DNA from: Perna viridis
Lineage: Eukaryota
Reading direction: 5' to 3'
DNA length: 64,000 nt
Assembly: GCA_037379345.1 (NCBI GenBank)
Contig: CM074512.1
Coordinates: 17,608,001-17,672,000, forward strand
Part shown: piece after piece, positions 45,301 through 55,866 of the stretch
How the letters are laid out: each line of letters opens with the position of its first letter
How positions within the stretch are numbered: the first letter of the stretch is position 1
Notes under the pieces: model-generated
What the model was told of the DNA's origin: nothing
Database searches by the model: none
The model's input: the letters and a program-made list of their open reading frames with translations, nothing else
Made by a program: the position numbers and the translations under genes

Positions 45301-48300
45301 AATTGGAGAAAGAAGGAGTTTTATAGTATTGATATAAGGTTTAGGTTTATTTTCCCTCTAACACATGACATGCCCAGACAGGAAATATAACTATCTCAGT
45401 TAGGTATCAAAATATTCATGATGAGTTGACATTTCAATACCCCTTCAGTTTTCATTTTAAAAAGCCTTTTCACTTTACTTGTATACAAACAAATATGTGA
45501 GGATTTTTCTTGTATCACTTTTATTCAATTTGTAAAGGGCAAGCTAAGAATGTAAAAATACTATTAAACTTGGTGCATTAGAGAACAAAACATTTAACGG
45601 TAAAATGTACCAGTGAAAGATTTAAATCATACTTTTCACAGATACTTGAATACTGATGGGTACTGTTTTACACTTCATTGATAATTGTAACTTACTCAAG
45701 GTGTGATGTGGTGACTAGCAAATAGAAATTATTGATGTTTTATTCATTCTTAAAATCAAAGAAAACACGAAACTACTCTTATGAAACAAGAACAATGAAA
45801 TCATTTATCTACAAAGTCCTTAAAGTTGTACTTTAATTAATAAGAATGACTTATTGGCACTTTTCCTTTCAATCTTAATAAATAAAACCAGGACTTTCCT
45901 GTTATAGTGTATTCAATGTATAAGTAAAGAAAACACAAATTGAGTTTAGGTATACCCAAGAATGTACTGAGAATGAAGTACCAAAATAGCAGGTGAGGAT
46001 TCAGGCAAGGACACACTAGGCAACCACTTAACCTAAAATTGGAAAAGAAATCTTGATTTTACACAAATTCTACCCCCCCTCTCCCCCCCCAAAAAAAAAG
46101 AAGAAAAAAATTGCTTTCAATTTAATTTATGCCCCCAAAACTGAAATCTTGTACCAACCACAATACTGATTTTTTTTTATTCAGTCATTCACATCATAAA
46201 AAGTTGTCTTAAGGATGACGGCTGACCAGTCTTTAAATAGATTCATAGAATGGTCATTCCCAATATTATAACTTAATTGTAACCATGTTTTTATTATTGT
46301 ATTTAATGTGACAGGGCTGATATAAAAATTAATAGAACTCACCTTATAGAATGACATAAGCTTTTTCTTCAAATCACACAAAAGTTAAAATTGCATTTTG
46401 ATCTATAATCATATTTCCAAATTTACAGTTATTAGACAGTATACAGTCTAACCTGTCTTAGCCATCACCTTTATTAAGTATAAACCTGTTCTAAAGCACC
46501 ATGATTTAAGTATACCCATGTAGTGCATGTACATGTATAATGAATCCATATATTAGGACCACCTGTCCTATGTGATCCCCATCAATGTCTTTAGGTTTTA
46601 CAGTACTTTATCACTGTGATTGGACAAATTGTACTGATACCCAAAACGTTTTATTAATTTCATACTCTAAATTATTACAGTTTTAAAAAATTGAATATTT
46701 TTTTAAAAACCATTTTATATAAATATTATTATTTTTTTAAATTTGTGTGCCTTTCGCAAAAAAAGGGGGGAACTTTGACCCCAAACATCATCTGCTTAAA
46801 ATACCAAAGAAACAAGACAGTTATGCTATGACTTAGCTCACATTTTTAGTTGGGGAAAGGAAGATCAGACTGGAAAAAAAGTCAGTTTATAGCTCTGGCA
46901 TTGTTTTAAAGAGGTGAATTTTTCAAAAGTTTTATTATTGTCGCCAATGGGAAATAAATAGCACCATTCTACATAAAATATTGAATTAGGTTCCTTATGT
47001 TCCTGTTATATCTATTACAATTGTATATAGGGTACAAACTGTTATATTTTAACCATGATCATCATACATAATATATAATGACTAAGCGAGATCATTCAAT
47101 AAATAAGCCTGTAATTTCAAACTCAAAATGAAATATTTCTGAATGAAATAGGACCTGTTAATTGTAGTAATTACTATCTTCTGGGTGACATTGAAAACAG
47201 TTGAAAGATATGATAGAAATCTTTTTACTACCCTGTACAGGTAATAAACACTCAATCTTTATTTTCTATGGCTTCAAATAATTACAGATTATACAAATGA
47301 ATACATTTTAAATGCTATGTTTATACTGTTTACAAGTTATCCAATTAAGAAATTCAACATTTTTTTTTAAGGTTAAAGAAATTATAGAATGGTAGATCAC
47401 AAAATTAAGTATAAATTTGTCCATTTATAATGACAATACTGATATAGGTCTGCATTTTGGTTTATTTTTATCATTTTTTTTTTAAGTTACTGTTTAACTT
47501 TGTCTTTTACAATGCAGAAAATTCAGTAACCTTTCAGTAACGTAAACTTATGTTCGTATATGGAATATATATATGAAAGACCTTTTTTAAATGTAAGGAC
47601 CTGGCTGTATAGAAATCATTAATTAGTTTACATCTCCTTGTGCCGCTGACCAGTGGGGAACTTAAAAGATCAGTACTTGAAAGGGAAAGGTAAATAAGAA
47701 AATTGAAAAACAAAGTGAAACATTATTTAAGATCCTTATTTTTTTTACTTTAATACTGGACAGTTCTTAGCTGGCAAGCAAAAGGGGGTAAGGCTAATTC
47801 TTTCATTCAAAGGAAGAATCTTTTTCATGTTTTAGAACTATATCACCCATAAGTCACAACCCATGTTGTATCCTAATAGAATACAATAAGACTGAGAAAA
47901 AACTGTATACCAGTACTAATATATTACATCTGAGTTAAGTAGTGATTACTTTATAGGATGCTTCTGTATGTGTCAATATACTTCTTACTAAGTACTTCTT
48001 ACTGACTGTTGACATACCATACATACTTCAGTATATACTTTCAAGCAAAAATTATATTGATCCTTTATCAAGAAGCATTTCATTGAACACAGATGACAAC
48101 TACTTGTTGATTTTTTTAGGAGAGATCTAATGTCATCTTTCATGGGACAGGATTCATAGCATTGTAATACCCACAATAAATCTATGGATATTTGTCTGAA
48201 AAGATTTTTCAAGTATTAATATACAGCATTTACTCTGCAAATCATACAGGTAATCAAAGTTTATAACATTGTAAAAGTTTGAACATACCTATCCATACAT

Positions 48301-51300
48301 ACAAACAAAGTTTATATCTATATCATAAAATTTAATGGAATGTTTGTCTCTTTCCTCTTTCTTACTGTGAAGAAACTCCTAGTCACAAAGTTTACCCAAG
48401 CCTATTCCTTTCACTTTTAAGTAAATCTAATTTTCCTATAGTTTTAACAAAATTAATCACACAACCTCTTTGGTCTGAATTTTGCAAGTACATGTACTGT
48501 ATCATAATTCTTCTAATAATCAAAGTACTAAAGTACGGAGTTAATTTGGACCAAATACAAAATATTAACTTTTACAATGCAGCTGTCACGAAACAAGTAG
48601 CTTTATCCTATGCTACTTGGAATGCATTGAGTTTTTTTTAACACCATATTGCAACATTTTGTTGTCTCACTTCAGCTTTTTGATTTTTTAAATGATGCTG
48701 ATGCTTATTTTTATTGATCTTCAAAGGCTTTTTCATTAGAGCAGTTTTACTAGAACAATCACCAGAAACACAAACCCACCAAATGGACAGGTTTCCATAA
48801 AAACACAAGGAACAACTCTCTCTTTCTTTGACATTTATGAATTAAATTCTTAATTTGTTTTCACAAATCTAATTCTTTTTAATAAATAGAAATGCCAGTG
48901 TAACCTTCATTTCTGTTGTTAATTCAAACAAGTAATTATTGAATAATCCTTTAAATAAATCTGAATTGTTAACAATATAGTTCATTATACACTAAGTCAA
49001 CACATCAAAAGTATGCAAGGAAAAACCAAATTCACAAGGAACAATACATATCTGATATCCTGTAAAGCTGTCTATACAGGATGGTTATTGTAAGTTTTAA
49101 CAACAAATCTATGATCCCATAAAATATACATTGTGAGTAATCTGCACAATTTTATCACAGTTTGAACTTGCACTTTTAGTTTCTTTTTCAGTTTTCATTA
49201 AACCTTATTAATTTACAAATTGTATAAATATAGTGATTAATGAATGGGTGTATTTATAATAGCCCTATTATATGCCCAAAATTTGTAGTAATGACCAGAG
49301 GAGGTCTTAATGAACAAAGGCAATGCCATATTTATGGCCTGAGCTGCACATGTAAACAAATCCCAGCAAGAGATGCAACAATCTTGATAGACATTTAGGT
49401 TTAACAACATTGCGTTACAAAATTTTGTTTAAAATTATAACTATGGTTATAACAATGATACCATTATCTACAAAAGCCTTCAAAAGAGAAAATGTCTAGA
49501 ACAAAATATCCATGCTACTCTAAAAAGAAGACAGTCTACCCTCTCAAGTCTACCTTGTTACAATCAACTTTTTCTAGCTGAAGAAAAAAAACATTCAATA
49601 AAAAAATGACCAAGTTGTTAATATTTATTCATTGTATCAAATTAAGTGAACTGTCCTAAATAATTTGTAATAAGATGGTTAGAGTGAATCAGAGAACACA
49701 TGTATCCACAGTGTATACACATCAATAGACATTTCACTGTTATGGTATTGGTCTTCCCCATTGGTGAAAAATACAATCAACTATTAGTCACATGAAAGTA
49801 TCTTACAATTAAAAATGTGGCTGAGTGAGACCATAGATATATGATCCAAGGGTTGTACATCTATGAGGAGACTATTTAACATATTCGTAGTTATAGACCA
49901 ATTCATAAACATATGCTGTACCCTAAAATTTTTCTCCTGGTTTTGAAAAGCTGGTTTGATATTATATTTCTGTAACATAAGTAAGCCTGATCTAGGCTCT
50001 GTGTAATATGTGCTTGAAATGATAATCTACCAGTATTAAAATTTTAATTCATTAAAATAATATGACCATATCTAACTGAACGGTCAAGTTCATTCAAACA
50101 ATAAAGTCTTTGCACAGTGATATTAAAAGGATTTAAACAGACAAGTGTAAATACCTCATTTTTAAAGTAGGTTTCAAAAAGAAGTAAGGATGAAAGGGGT
50201 ATATTAATGACAAGGATTAACTTGATACCAGAATACTGCTATGTAACATGTACAATCAGCAGGAACAAAGCAATGCCACAGTAGGACGAAAATTCCTGAT
50301 TATGGCTAAAAGAATATAATGAAAGTATTGTAATATAGTCTACTGAGTCTATAACTTAAAATAAACCTATATACATACACATATATATGTATCCACATAT
50401 TTCAGTAAAAATATAGTATCTAATTTTAAATGAATTATGATTTGCTCAATTTCAATTCAATAATTCAAGTCTTAAGTATTAAGTTTAGGGGCAGGGATAA
50501 AATGTTATCAGTCCAAAGTCTGTTTAACACGGCCATGGTAAGATATAAAGTTTTCAATATAAATGATCAATAGTTAATTCCTGACACTTCATGATACCAT
50601 CAAAAACTTTCTCCTTGTAGTTAACTGATCAATAAAAGTATCATCTAATAATATCAAATAATACTTTGTTAAGAAGGTATACTCAGGCAATAATAACTGT
50701 ATTCTACACTCTCATCTCCAAGTCACACTAATCAAAGTGAATTAAAGGCAACCAAGGCAAATGTAACTGCCATAACTAGACAGAACAGGGAGACAGAAGT
50801 GGCAAATGGAAGCAGAGATAGAAACTAATGAGTAAAGACTGAAAGTGAGAAACTAAACAAACACTGATACATAAAAGAAGTATAGGAATGATACCCCACT
50901 ACAACATGTGATGCCGGAGTTCATGACTAAATCTTTTATAAAATTTACAATAAAACAATGCTCACATGTGATCTATCTTAGCATGAATTATTATAAGAAT
51001 CCTGTGAGGTAATAAATGTAATATCAATAAGATAATTTACATGAGAAGTAGTTCTTTGCCCCATCTCACATAAAAATCTCAAATTCAATTGTCCTTCTAT
51101 CATTCTTCAATTCTATTTTCAACCAATCAGATTGCTTGAAATTGAGGATTTGAGGAACAAAATCACAACTTGAGAATTTTTAAAGAAACTGGATACAGAT
51201 GTAATTCTTGAATTGTGGTAAAAATCATACAGGGTAAAGACTACTTATAAGAAGCTTGTTGCACCGAAACATTCAATATTGTATTCGAAATATTGGAAAG

Positions 51301-52696
51301 TCAGCTTAAATTTTGCAATGACATATTTACAACTGATCATAAACTCAGGTTAATTAGAAAATGTAATAATAGTTTAATTAGTTAAATAATTCCAATAATT
51401 AATTTCTCAATACACACCAGAGTAAAGCTAGACTCAATGAACTGTTGTGACAAACATTATGATATGATTGTATAATGGACTCCTGTGAATGGAGATCTCT
51501 TGCTTAATAAATCAGTTTTACAGATCAATTAAATTATGAAAGGATGAGCAGAGGATTACAACCAATCCATATAGAGTAGAAAATTATGGATCAATGGTTG
51601 GAATTCACGGAAATAAAATTATTTCAGGGTAGGTGAAAATTGGTGTATTACTATCAACAAAGAACCAAATCAGACAGGTCTTTCATCAATACAAATTATA
51701 GGTACCTGGAATTATCCATCCAGTTTGAGAACTTAGACAAATATTCAAACTTTCAATGGTGGAGATGTACAATTTATTCAATGTGTATAGGTATGAATAT
51801 TTTATAAACCTAGGAACCTTGACTAAACTTATTATAAAGCACATTGGCAAAGTTTGACAATTTATAGATTAAGGACAAAAGACTTATTTGACCTTTGATT
51901 GGACTCTTTAACTAAATAAATTTTAGAGCCTTTCTTCTACATGCAGAGCCTTGATTAAATGTTTTCAAACTCAATGTTTTGAATAAAATGTATCTCTATT
52001 TGAAAGATGGCATTTAATTTTCCCTCTGCAGATATGGCTTGGTATTTTAAACAATTTGGATTTAGTCCAAAAGAAAGTTTCCAGACATTCAGGTCTCAGA
52101 TCATTATGTGTTATGCATGTAATAATTTCTTTTTGGAGAATATTACTACACAAATTGTCAACTATATGGTATTCAAGATTTGATGGAAACTCTATGGCTG
52201 GTCAGTTTATTATAAGAAACCTAAAAGAACATTTGCTGTCATGTGAAAACAGCAAACGTGGAACCAAAAAGTTGTATTTTTCAGGGTCACTCAGGCCAAC
52301 AAAAAAAATACCTGTGTTTCTACTAACATTCTTTAAAAAACTAGGGCTGGTAGGTAAGCAAAACTTTTTGACTGATTTGTTTTGTAGACACATTCAGACT
52401 TTAATTGCGTGTGTCAAAAAATGGCAAAAAAACTTTAGGGTAAGCACAAAAAGTTAGGGTTGGAAGGGTTAGCAGACACACAGGCATTCTTTTAAGCCTT
52501 ATAACACAGCATATCACAATAAATGGTTTACTCTACATTATTCCTTTCTTCTTGGCCAAAACAACTTACTTGCTAACTGCTGGATTTGCATCTGAATGCC
52601 AGCTCCCTTCTTGCTCCCATCTGTAGAGGACCTGGGGGTGCTAGGTGGAGTAGCCCCAGACAGGGAGGACAGTGAACCTGAATGCCTTCGTTCCAT
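209..52696 (-). CDS. SYNE1: Giant nesprin (nesprin-1/Msp300/ANC-1-like), 5' portion: 38 coding exons, 2873 codons in window, CH1-CH2 plus spectrin repeats; continues beyond position 1
   Basis: Spliced translation gives [113 protein letters not shown] (nesprin-type actin-binding domain) followed directly by spectrin repeats with no plakin domain; all junctions GT-AG and phase-compatible. Confidence 0.9.
516..1156. mobile_element. Tc1/mariner (pogo/Tigger-like) non-autonomous MITE
   Basis: TA|CAGTCAAACCTC...GAAGTTCGACTG|TA: imperfect TIRs, TA target duplication, internal GTTCAAG/GTTCGAG subrepeats. Confidence 0.75.
1231..1371 (-). CDS. SYNE1: Nesprin exon 37 ([10 protein letters not shown]...CNAAQ)
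   Basis: 141 nt, phase 0-0. Confidence 0.9.
2621..2947 (-). CDS. SYNE1: Nesprin exon 36 (EIMADKEQG...MLQHYR)
   Basis: 327 nt, phase 0-0. Confidence 0.92.
3223..3387 (-). CDS. SYNE1: Nesprin exon 35 ([10 protein letters not shown]...LQTVE)
   Basis: 165 nt, phase 0-0. Confidence 0.9.
3547..3699 (-). CDS. SYNE1: Nesprin exon 34 ([14 protein letters not shown]...LANNVN)
   Basis: 153 nt, phase 0-0. Confidence 0.9.
3942..4098 (-). CDS. SYNE1: Nesprin exon 33 ([10 protein letters not shown]...HAEHFS)
   Basis: 157 nt, phase 2 to 0. Confidence 0.9.
4537..4706 (-). CDS. SYNE1: Nesprin exon 32 ([10 protein letters not shown]...LQQT)
   Basis: 170 nt, phase 0 to 2. Confidence 0.88.
4943..5263 (-). 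CDS. SYNE1: Nesprin exon 31 ([10 protein letters not shown]...LATIK)
   Basis: 321 nt, phase 0-0. Confidence 0.92.
5581..5898 (-). CDS. SYNE1: Nesprin exon 30 (EEAPYYADV...LQTTK)
   Basis: 318 nt, phase 0-0. Confidence 0.92.
6166..6339 (-). CDS. SYNE1: Nesprin exon 29 (EIEAHKENL...CLMKYK)
   Basis: 174 nt, phase 0-0. Confidence 0.9.
6642..6803 (-). CDS. SYNE1: Nesprin exon 28 ([10 protein letters not shown]...WETANS)
   Basis: 162 nt, phase 0-0. Confidence 0.9.
6991..7311 (-). CDS. SYNE1: Nesprin exon 27 ([10 protein letters not shown]...LDQHK)
   Basis: 321 nt, phase 0-0. Confidence 0.92.
7635..8276 (-). CDS. SYNE1: Nesprin exon 26 ([10 protein letters not shown]...VNEIE)
   Basis: 642 nt, phase 0-0, two repeat lengths. 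Confidence 0.93.
8612..8932 (-). CDS. SYNE1: Nesprin exon 25 ([10 protein letters not shown]...MARLK)
   Basis: 321 nt, phase 0-0. Confidence 0.92.
9164..9475 (-). CDS. SYNE1: Nesprin exon 24 ([10 protein letters not shown]...LAIGK)
   Basis: 312 nt, phase 0-0. Confidence 0.92.
9846..10172 (-). CDS. SYNE1: Nesprin exon 23 ([10 protein letters not shown]...YDLHQ)
   Basis: 327 nt, phase 0-0; missing from ORF track. Confidence 0.92.
10497..10817 (-). CDS. SYNE1: Nesprin exon 22 ([10 protein letters not shown]...LEKAN)
   Basis: 321 nt, phase 0-0. Confidence 0.92.
11054..11194 (-). CDS. SYNE1: Nesprin exon 21 ([10 protein letters not shown]...LQSKK)
   Basis: 141 nt, phase 0-0. Confidence 0.9.
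11971..12147 (-). CDS. SYNE1: Nesprin exon 20 ([10 protein letters not shown]...HDKLK)
   Basis: 177 nt, phase 0-0. Confidence 0.9.
14877..15197 (-). CDS. SYNE1: Nesprin exon 19 (KALRDMNKF...LHEHE)
   Basis: 321 nt, phase 0-0. Confidence 0.92.
15529..15637 (-). CDS. SYNE1: Nesprin exon 18 (MNDFRKAVE...QMKFQ)
   Basis: 109 nt, phase 2 to 0. Confidence 0.88.
15882..16102 (-). CDS. SYNE1: Nesprin exon 17 (QIFNQGQF...WKEYNH)
   Basis: 221 nt, phase 0 to 2. Confidence 0.9.
16314..16475 (-). CDS. SYNE1: Nesprin exon 16 (STLALAP...LLKHR)
   Basis: 162 nt, phase 0-0. Confidence 0.9.
17150..17452 (-). CDS. SYNE1: Nesprin exon 15 (NCITAAKDW...QEKWK)
   Basis: 303 nt, phase 0-0. Confidence 0.9.
17665..17814 (-). 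CDS. SYNE1: Nesprin exon 14 (QFFSETTY...NERFQ)
   Basis: 150 nt, phase 0-0. Confidence 0.9.
18245..18568 (-). CDS. SYNE1: Nesprin exon 13 (LCGNQVAEM...LEKHK)
   Basis: 324 nt, phase 0-0. Confidence 0.92.
18821..19226 (+). mobile_element. TTAA-flanked non-autonomous DNA transposon, copy 1
   Basis: TTAAGTAG..AAGAATCATGCAAAA / TTTTGCATGATTCTT..CTACTTAA ends; full-length reverse-complement homolog at 61600-62003. Confidence 0.85.
19929..20455 (-). CDS. SYNE1: Nesprin exon 12 (KEEAEQI...LQDVD)
   Basis: 527 nt, phase 1 to 0; spectrin-repeat Trp motifs. Confidence 0.92.
20706..20796 (-). CDS. SYNE1: Nesprin exon 11 (DQVQNNN...RKHI)
   Basis: 91 nt, phase 0 to 1, GTAAGT donor. Confidence 0.88.
21298..21579 (-). 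CDS. SYNE1: Nesprin exon 10 (DFFKELDSY...LKDYE)
   Basis: 282 nt, phase 0-0. Confidence 0.9.
21896..22207 (-). CDS. SYNE1: Nesprin exon 9 (DYLAFKTEF...[11 protein letters not shown]...LNEHK)
   Basis: 312 nt, phase 0-0. Confidence 0.92.
22459..22685 (-). CDS. SYNE1: Nesprin exon 8, CH2 end ([19 protein letters not shown]...VQEYM)
   Basis: 227 nt, phase 1 to 0. Confidence 0.93.
23279..23475 (-). CDS. SYNE1: Nesprin exon 7, CH2 ([16 protein letters not shown]...IPRLLDPE)
   Basis: 197 nt, phase 2 to 1. Confidence 0.95.
24626..24750 (-). CDS. SYNE1: Nesprin exon 6, linker and CH2 start (IEDTF...[14 protein letters not shown])
   Basis: 125 nt, phase 0 to 2. Confidence 0.92.
25176..25268 (-). CDS. 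SYNE1: Nesprin exon 5, CH1 end ([31 protein letters not shown])
   Basis: 93 nt, AG/GTAAGT. Confidence 0.95.
25711..25791 (-). CDS. SYNE1: Nesprin exon 4, CH1 ([27 protein letters not shown])
   Basis: 81 nt, AG/GT. Confidence 0.93.
29138..29227 (-). CDS. SYNE1: Nesprin exon 3, CH1 ([30 protein letters not shown])
   Basis: 90 nt, AG/GTAAGT. Confidence 0.95.
29881..30371. mobile_element. hAT-like MITE
   Basis: TIRs CAGTGTGTCAAGCACT / AGTGGCTTGACAGACTG; flanked by CCATTA on both sides; clustered AAATCA(G/T)GA subterminal repeats. Confidence 0.65.
31854..31915 (-). CDS. SYNE1: Nesprin exon 2, CH1 start ([20 protein letters not shown])
   Basis: 62 nt, phase 1 to 0, ttttctag acceptor, GT donor; missing from ORF track. 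Confidence 0.95.
34557..34626 (-). CDS. SYNE1: Alternative first coding exon 1b ([23 protein letters not shown])
   Basis: 70 nt = 23 codons + 1; AAG|GTAAGC donor; ATG context gagATGG; joins to give [18 protein letters not shown], a typical pre-CH1 helix. Confidence 0.7.
39752..40093. mobile_element. TA-flanked MITE (Tc1/mariner-like)
   Basis: TACCATATAGCGGATTATTTTTGCGG versus reverse complement of right end TACCGTATAGTGGGTTATTTTCGCAG; TTTTCGCG subrepeats. Confidence 0.75.
42005..42077 (-). CDS. SYNE1: Candidate alternative first coding exon 1c ([24 protein letters not shown])
   Basis: 73 nt = 24 codons + 1; AAG|GTTAGT donor; in-frame TGA upstream; phase matches exon 31854-31915. Confidence 0.45.
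43441..43571. mobile_element. Palindromic mini-MITE with ~54-bp arms
   Basis: TCTGTGGTCCTTTTCACGAAAAAATCGTAA..AATTAGTCGTAAGTTATGACGTCA mirrored on the right; 18-nt loop; CTG/CAG at the ends (PIF/Harbinger-like, inference). Confidence 0.75.
46442..46605. mobile_element. Degenerate Tc1/mariner-type MITE remnant
   Basis: TACAGTCTAACCTGTCTTAG start with repeated ACCTGT/ACCACCTG motifs; decayed right end AGGTTTTACAGTA. Confidence 0.35.
52291..52501. mobile_element. MITE with AGGCC(A)n TIRs
   Basis: TCAGGCCAACAAAAAAAATACCTGTGTTTCTACTAAC versus GTTAGCAGACACACAGGCATTCTTTTAAGCCTTA. Confidence 0.55.
52570..52696 (-). CDS. SYNE1: Nesprin first coding exon 1a ([42 protein letters not shown])
   Basis: 127 nt = 42 codons + 1; GC-rich; in-frame stop upstream; donor GTAAGT; acceptor gaacag at 52737 implies a non-coding exon further upstream. 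Confidence 0.8.
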
Positions 52697-54153
52697 CCTA
52701 TGTTGTCTTGTTGTCAATCTAACATGTTTCTAACTCCTGTTCAATGATAAAACAATAGCTGCCTTAAACACAATTACACAAGTAGTGCATAAAGATTTAA
52801 ATAGTAAACTAGCAACCATGAAGCCTATCACATACCAAAGAATAATTCCATACAAAATGGGGACTGGTAGTTTTGCTAATAATGACTTTAATCAGCTTAA
52901 AATTAAATACAATAATAGAAGTTAAAAGAACTGTAACATATTAGAATTATTCAATATCCAACACAGAGAGTCTGAGTATTTGTTTATGTATTTTTAATAA
53001 CAAATACATACCATTTAAATGAAGCTAGTGCTAATGAGATGTGTAATGTACATTAATAATTCACCTGGATTTTTAAAACAAGTGCAAATTACTGGTACAA
53101 AATCGAAACTAACGCACAGCAAGTTGTATTATGTACCTACATAAAACTGTCAATGAACAGATAAAAAAACATGGTCAACTTGACAATATAATACCATTGG
53201 TTACCTAAACATGAAATAGTTTACACCTACCCAAAGGTACATCAATACTTTCTAACAAACTTACCTATTACTGCTATAATGTCCAGAAGTTGGAATATTC
53301 ACTTTAAAATCATTCAATACAAGTCATTGACTAGGTGTTGTGAACATACAAATACCATATACCTATAAATGAACATAATTTCTATACAGATTCATGTTGA
53401 GACACGAAATGTTATATCACCAATAAAATACCTGTGAGGAAAATCAAACAGGATTAATCAAAATGCAAGTTAAAAAAGATAAAGAAACATTTAAATCTCG
53501 GGTAATCAAATACAAAGTTGGTGCCATTTAAATTAGAGAAAGGTTTCAATCAACATTTTCAGTTCATAGATTCCAAGGAATATCAAACATTGTTCTAAAA
53601 GGAACGATCATATGAACTTGTAAACAGAAATACAAATGCAAACCTTCCTAATAGCAGTAACTATTTTGGCATGGTTCCAGTCACACCTATTTTTCTTACC
53701 ACATCATTAGAAAAATTTTCACCTTGTTAGTCCTGAATTATAATATTTTTCATTCAATACACACAATATTTAACACATAAGGTCTAAGTATGAATATCCT
53801 GCACAAATACAATAACATCTTTATAGTGATCGGGTGCAGGTTGTCACATGACAAAACTTAATATCGGTACAATGTCCATGGAATAAATATATGTTACCCC
53901 AGAAACAATTAACAATAATAAGAAAGTAGTTTTCTCATCTGGCAGGTCCTCTGGGAAATTTTGGCACCTACTGACAAGCCTGTCATCAACCACAGAAGCT
54001 GTAATTAGGCTACTGCTCTTATCACAAGTTTATTACTTGTTCCTGTAACTAATTTACTGACATACTCTGATGCATATAATTTTAATGAGAAACATGCAAA
54101 CTTTGCTTCTACAAAATCAAGTCTTCCACAATACAGCTGATAAGAACAAAAAA

Positions 54154-55866
54154 GAACAAGAAGCTCCCAGGAGCCTGAATCACCCACCTGGTGGAATTTT
54201 GCATTTCAAAGGCAATAAAAACAAGAAGTCTTTGGTATGGCTTATCAAAAGGATCATTTCAACAACTGAAAGTTTCTTTTAATCTATCATACTTTTCAAG
54301 ATATTGACTGAAAACTGTTAAGAAAAAAGTCATTTTTCCCATTTCAAGAGCAATAACTCTCTTACAAGAAGTCATCTGACAACTTTATCCCTGAAGACTT
54401 TCGTAGTCCTAATAATAAGAATCATTTCAGCTACTGAAAGAATTTGGCTAAACCTAACGGTTTTGGAGATATATGCGAAAAACTACTTTCTGATCCCTAT
54501 GTTATATTTTTAGTAACGACGGCAATGTTTTTTGACGTATCATAAATCCCCACATTAGTTCTATGCAGGACACCCCAAGGAACATTCATACCAAGTTTGG
54601 TTTCAATTGGTTAAGTAGTGTCAGAGGAGAAGATTTTTGAAAGAAATAACATTAAAAATAGCAAAAATCGTTGAAAAAGGACAATAACTCAAACATGGCT
54701 TAACAAATTAAAACCAAAATTTGACAAGAAATAAATTTCATCATGCTAAACACTTTTACCTATGTCAGAATTTAGTTAAACCTAATGGTTTTGGAGCAAA
54801 AATCTGCTGTCTGACCCCTATGTTCTATTTTTAGTAACAGCAACTATATTTTTTGATAAATCAAAAATCCTCACATCAGTTCTATGCAGGATACATCAGG
54901 AAACATTCATTACAAGTTTGGTTTCAATTGGTCAAGTGTCAGAGAAGAAGATTTTAGGAAGAAATAACATTAAAAATAGCAAAATCATTGAAAAAGGACA
55001 ATAACTCCAACAAGGCTAAAGGGATTAAAACCAAAATTTGATCAAAGATAGATCTCATCATGCTGAGCACTTTTACCCAATCAGAATTCAGCTAAACCTA
55101 ACGGTTTAGGAGATATATGCGAAAAACTACTGTCTGACCTCTATGTTCTATTTTTAATGACAACGGCCATGTTTTTTGACGGATCAAAAATCCCCACATC
55201 GCTCACCTGGTTAACCATTTACTTATTTGAAAAACTTGAGGAATGAGACAGTCAAATGCAAGAAATGCTTTTCATGGCATTTTCATGACCTGAACCAGAA
55301 TTTTGCTAAAGGCAACAATTTTTTAATTTTTTTCAAAAAACCTGTCTTATGACCCCTAAGTTCCATTTTTAGTATAGGCATATCTATTCACGGATTAAAA
55401 ATCACAAGTCATTTTGAGCACAATACACTAAAGAACTATTATGCTTATTTTCATTCAATGATCTTTAATGGTTTTAGAGAAGATTTTCTAAGTTGTACAT
55501 GTGAAAAAAAAACAACAAAAAAACTGTTTCAGGGGTCGTAACTCATACATTGGTAAATGAACGGTTTTGAAAATTTCGGCATAGGTCCTTCTCATGATGC
55601 TTAACAATTTTACCCATTGCCAGAAATTTGCTCAAAGCAACGTTTTTGAGTTCTTTACAAAAAACTGCCATCTGACCCCTATGTTCTATTTTTAGTAATG
55701 GCAGCCACGTTTTTTCTTGAATCATCAATCTCAACTGTCAATTTGTGTGGGATACCCTAAGGAACATAAATGTCAACTTTCATTGAATTCTGTGCAATGG
55801 ATTTAGAGAAGATTTTCAAAGTTGCACATGCGAAAATACAAAAAAAACTGTTTCAGGGGCTGTAAA
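54154..55866 (+). repeat. Satellite-bearing interspersed repeat with ~320-bp tandem units in two subtypes
   Basis: Units recur near 54440, 54768 and 55084 (GAATT..GCTAAACCTAACGG..TGACCCCTATGTTCTATTTTTAG) and again near 55296 and 55620; head motif AACAAG..TCACCCACCTGG at 54154 and ATCGCTCACCTGG at 55198. Confidence 0.8.

Noticed and set aside
54440-55866. Regularly recurring motifs resembling a CRISPR or other spacer array
   Set aside because: Whole units are homologous with no unique spacers; eukaryotic satellite-type repeat with no cas genes
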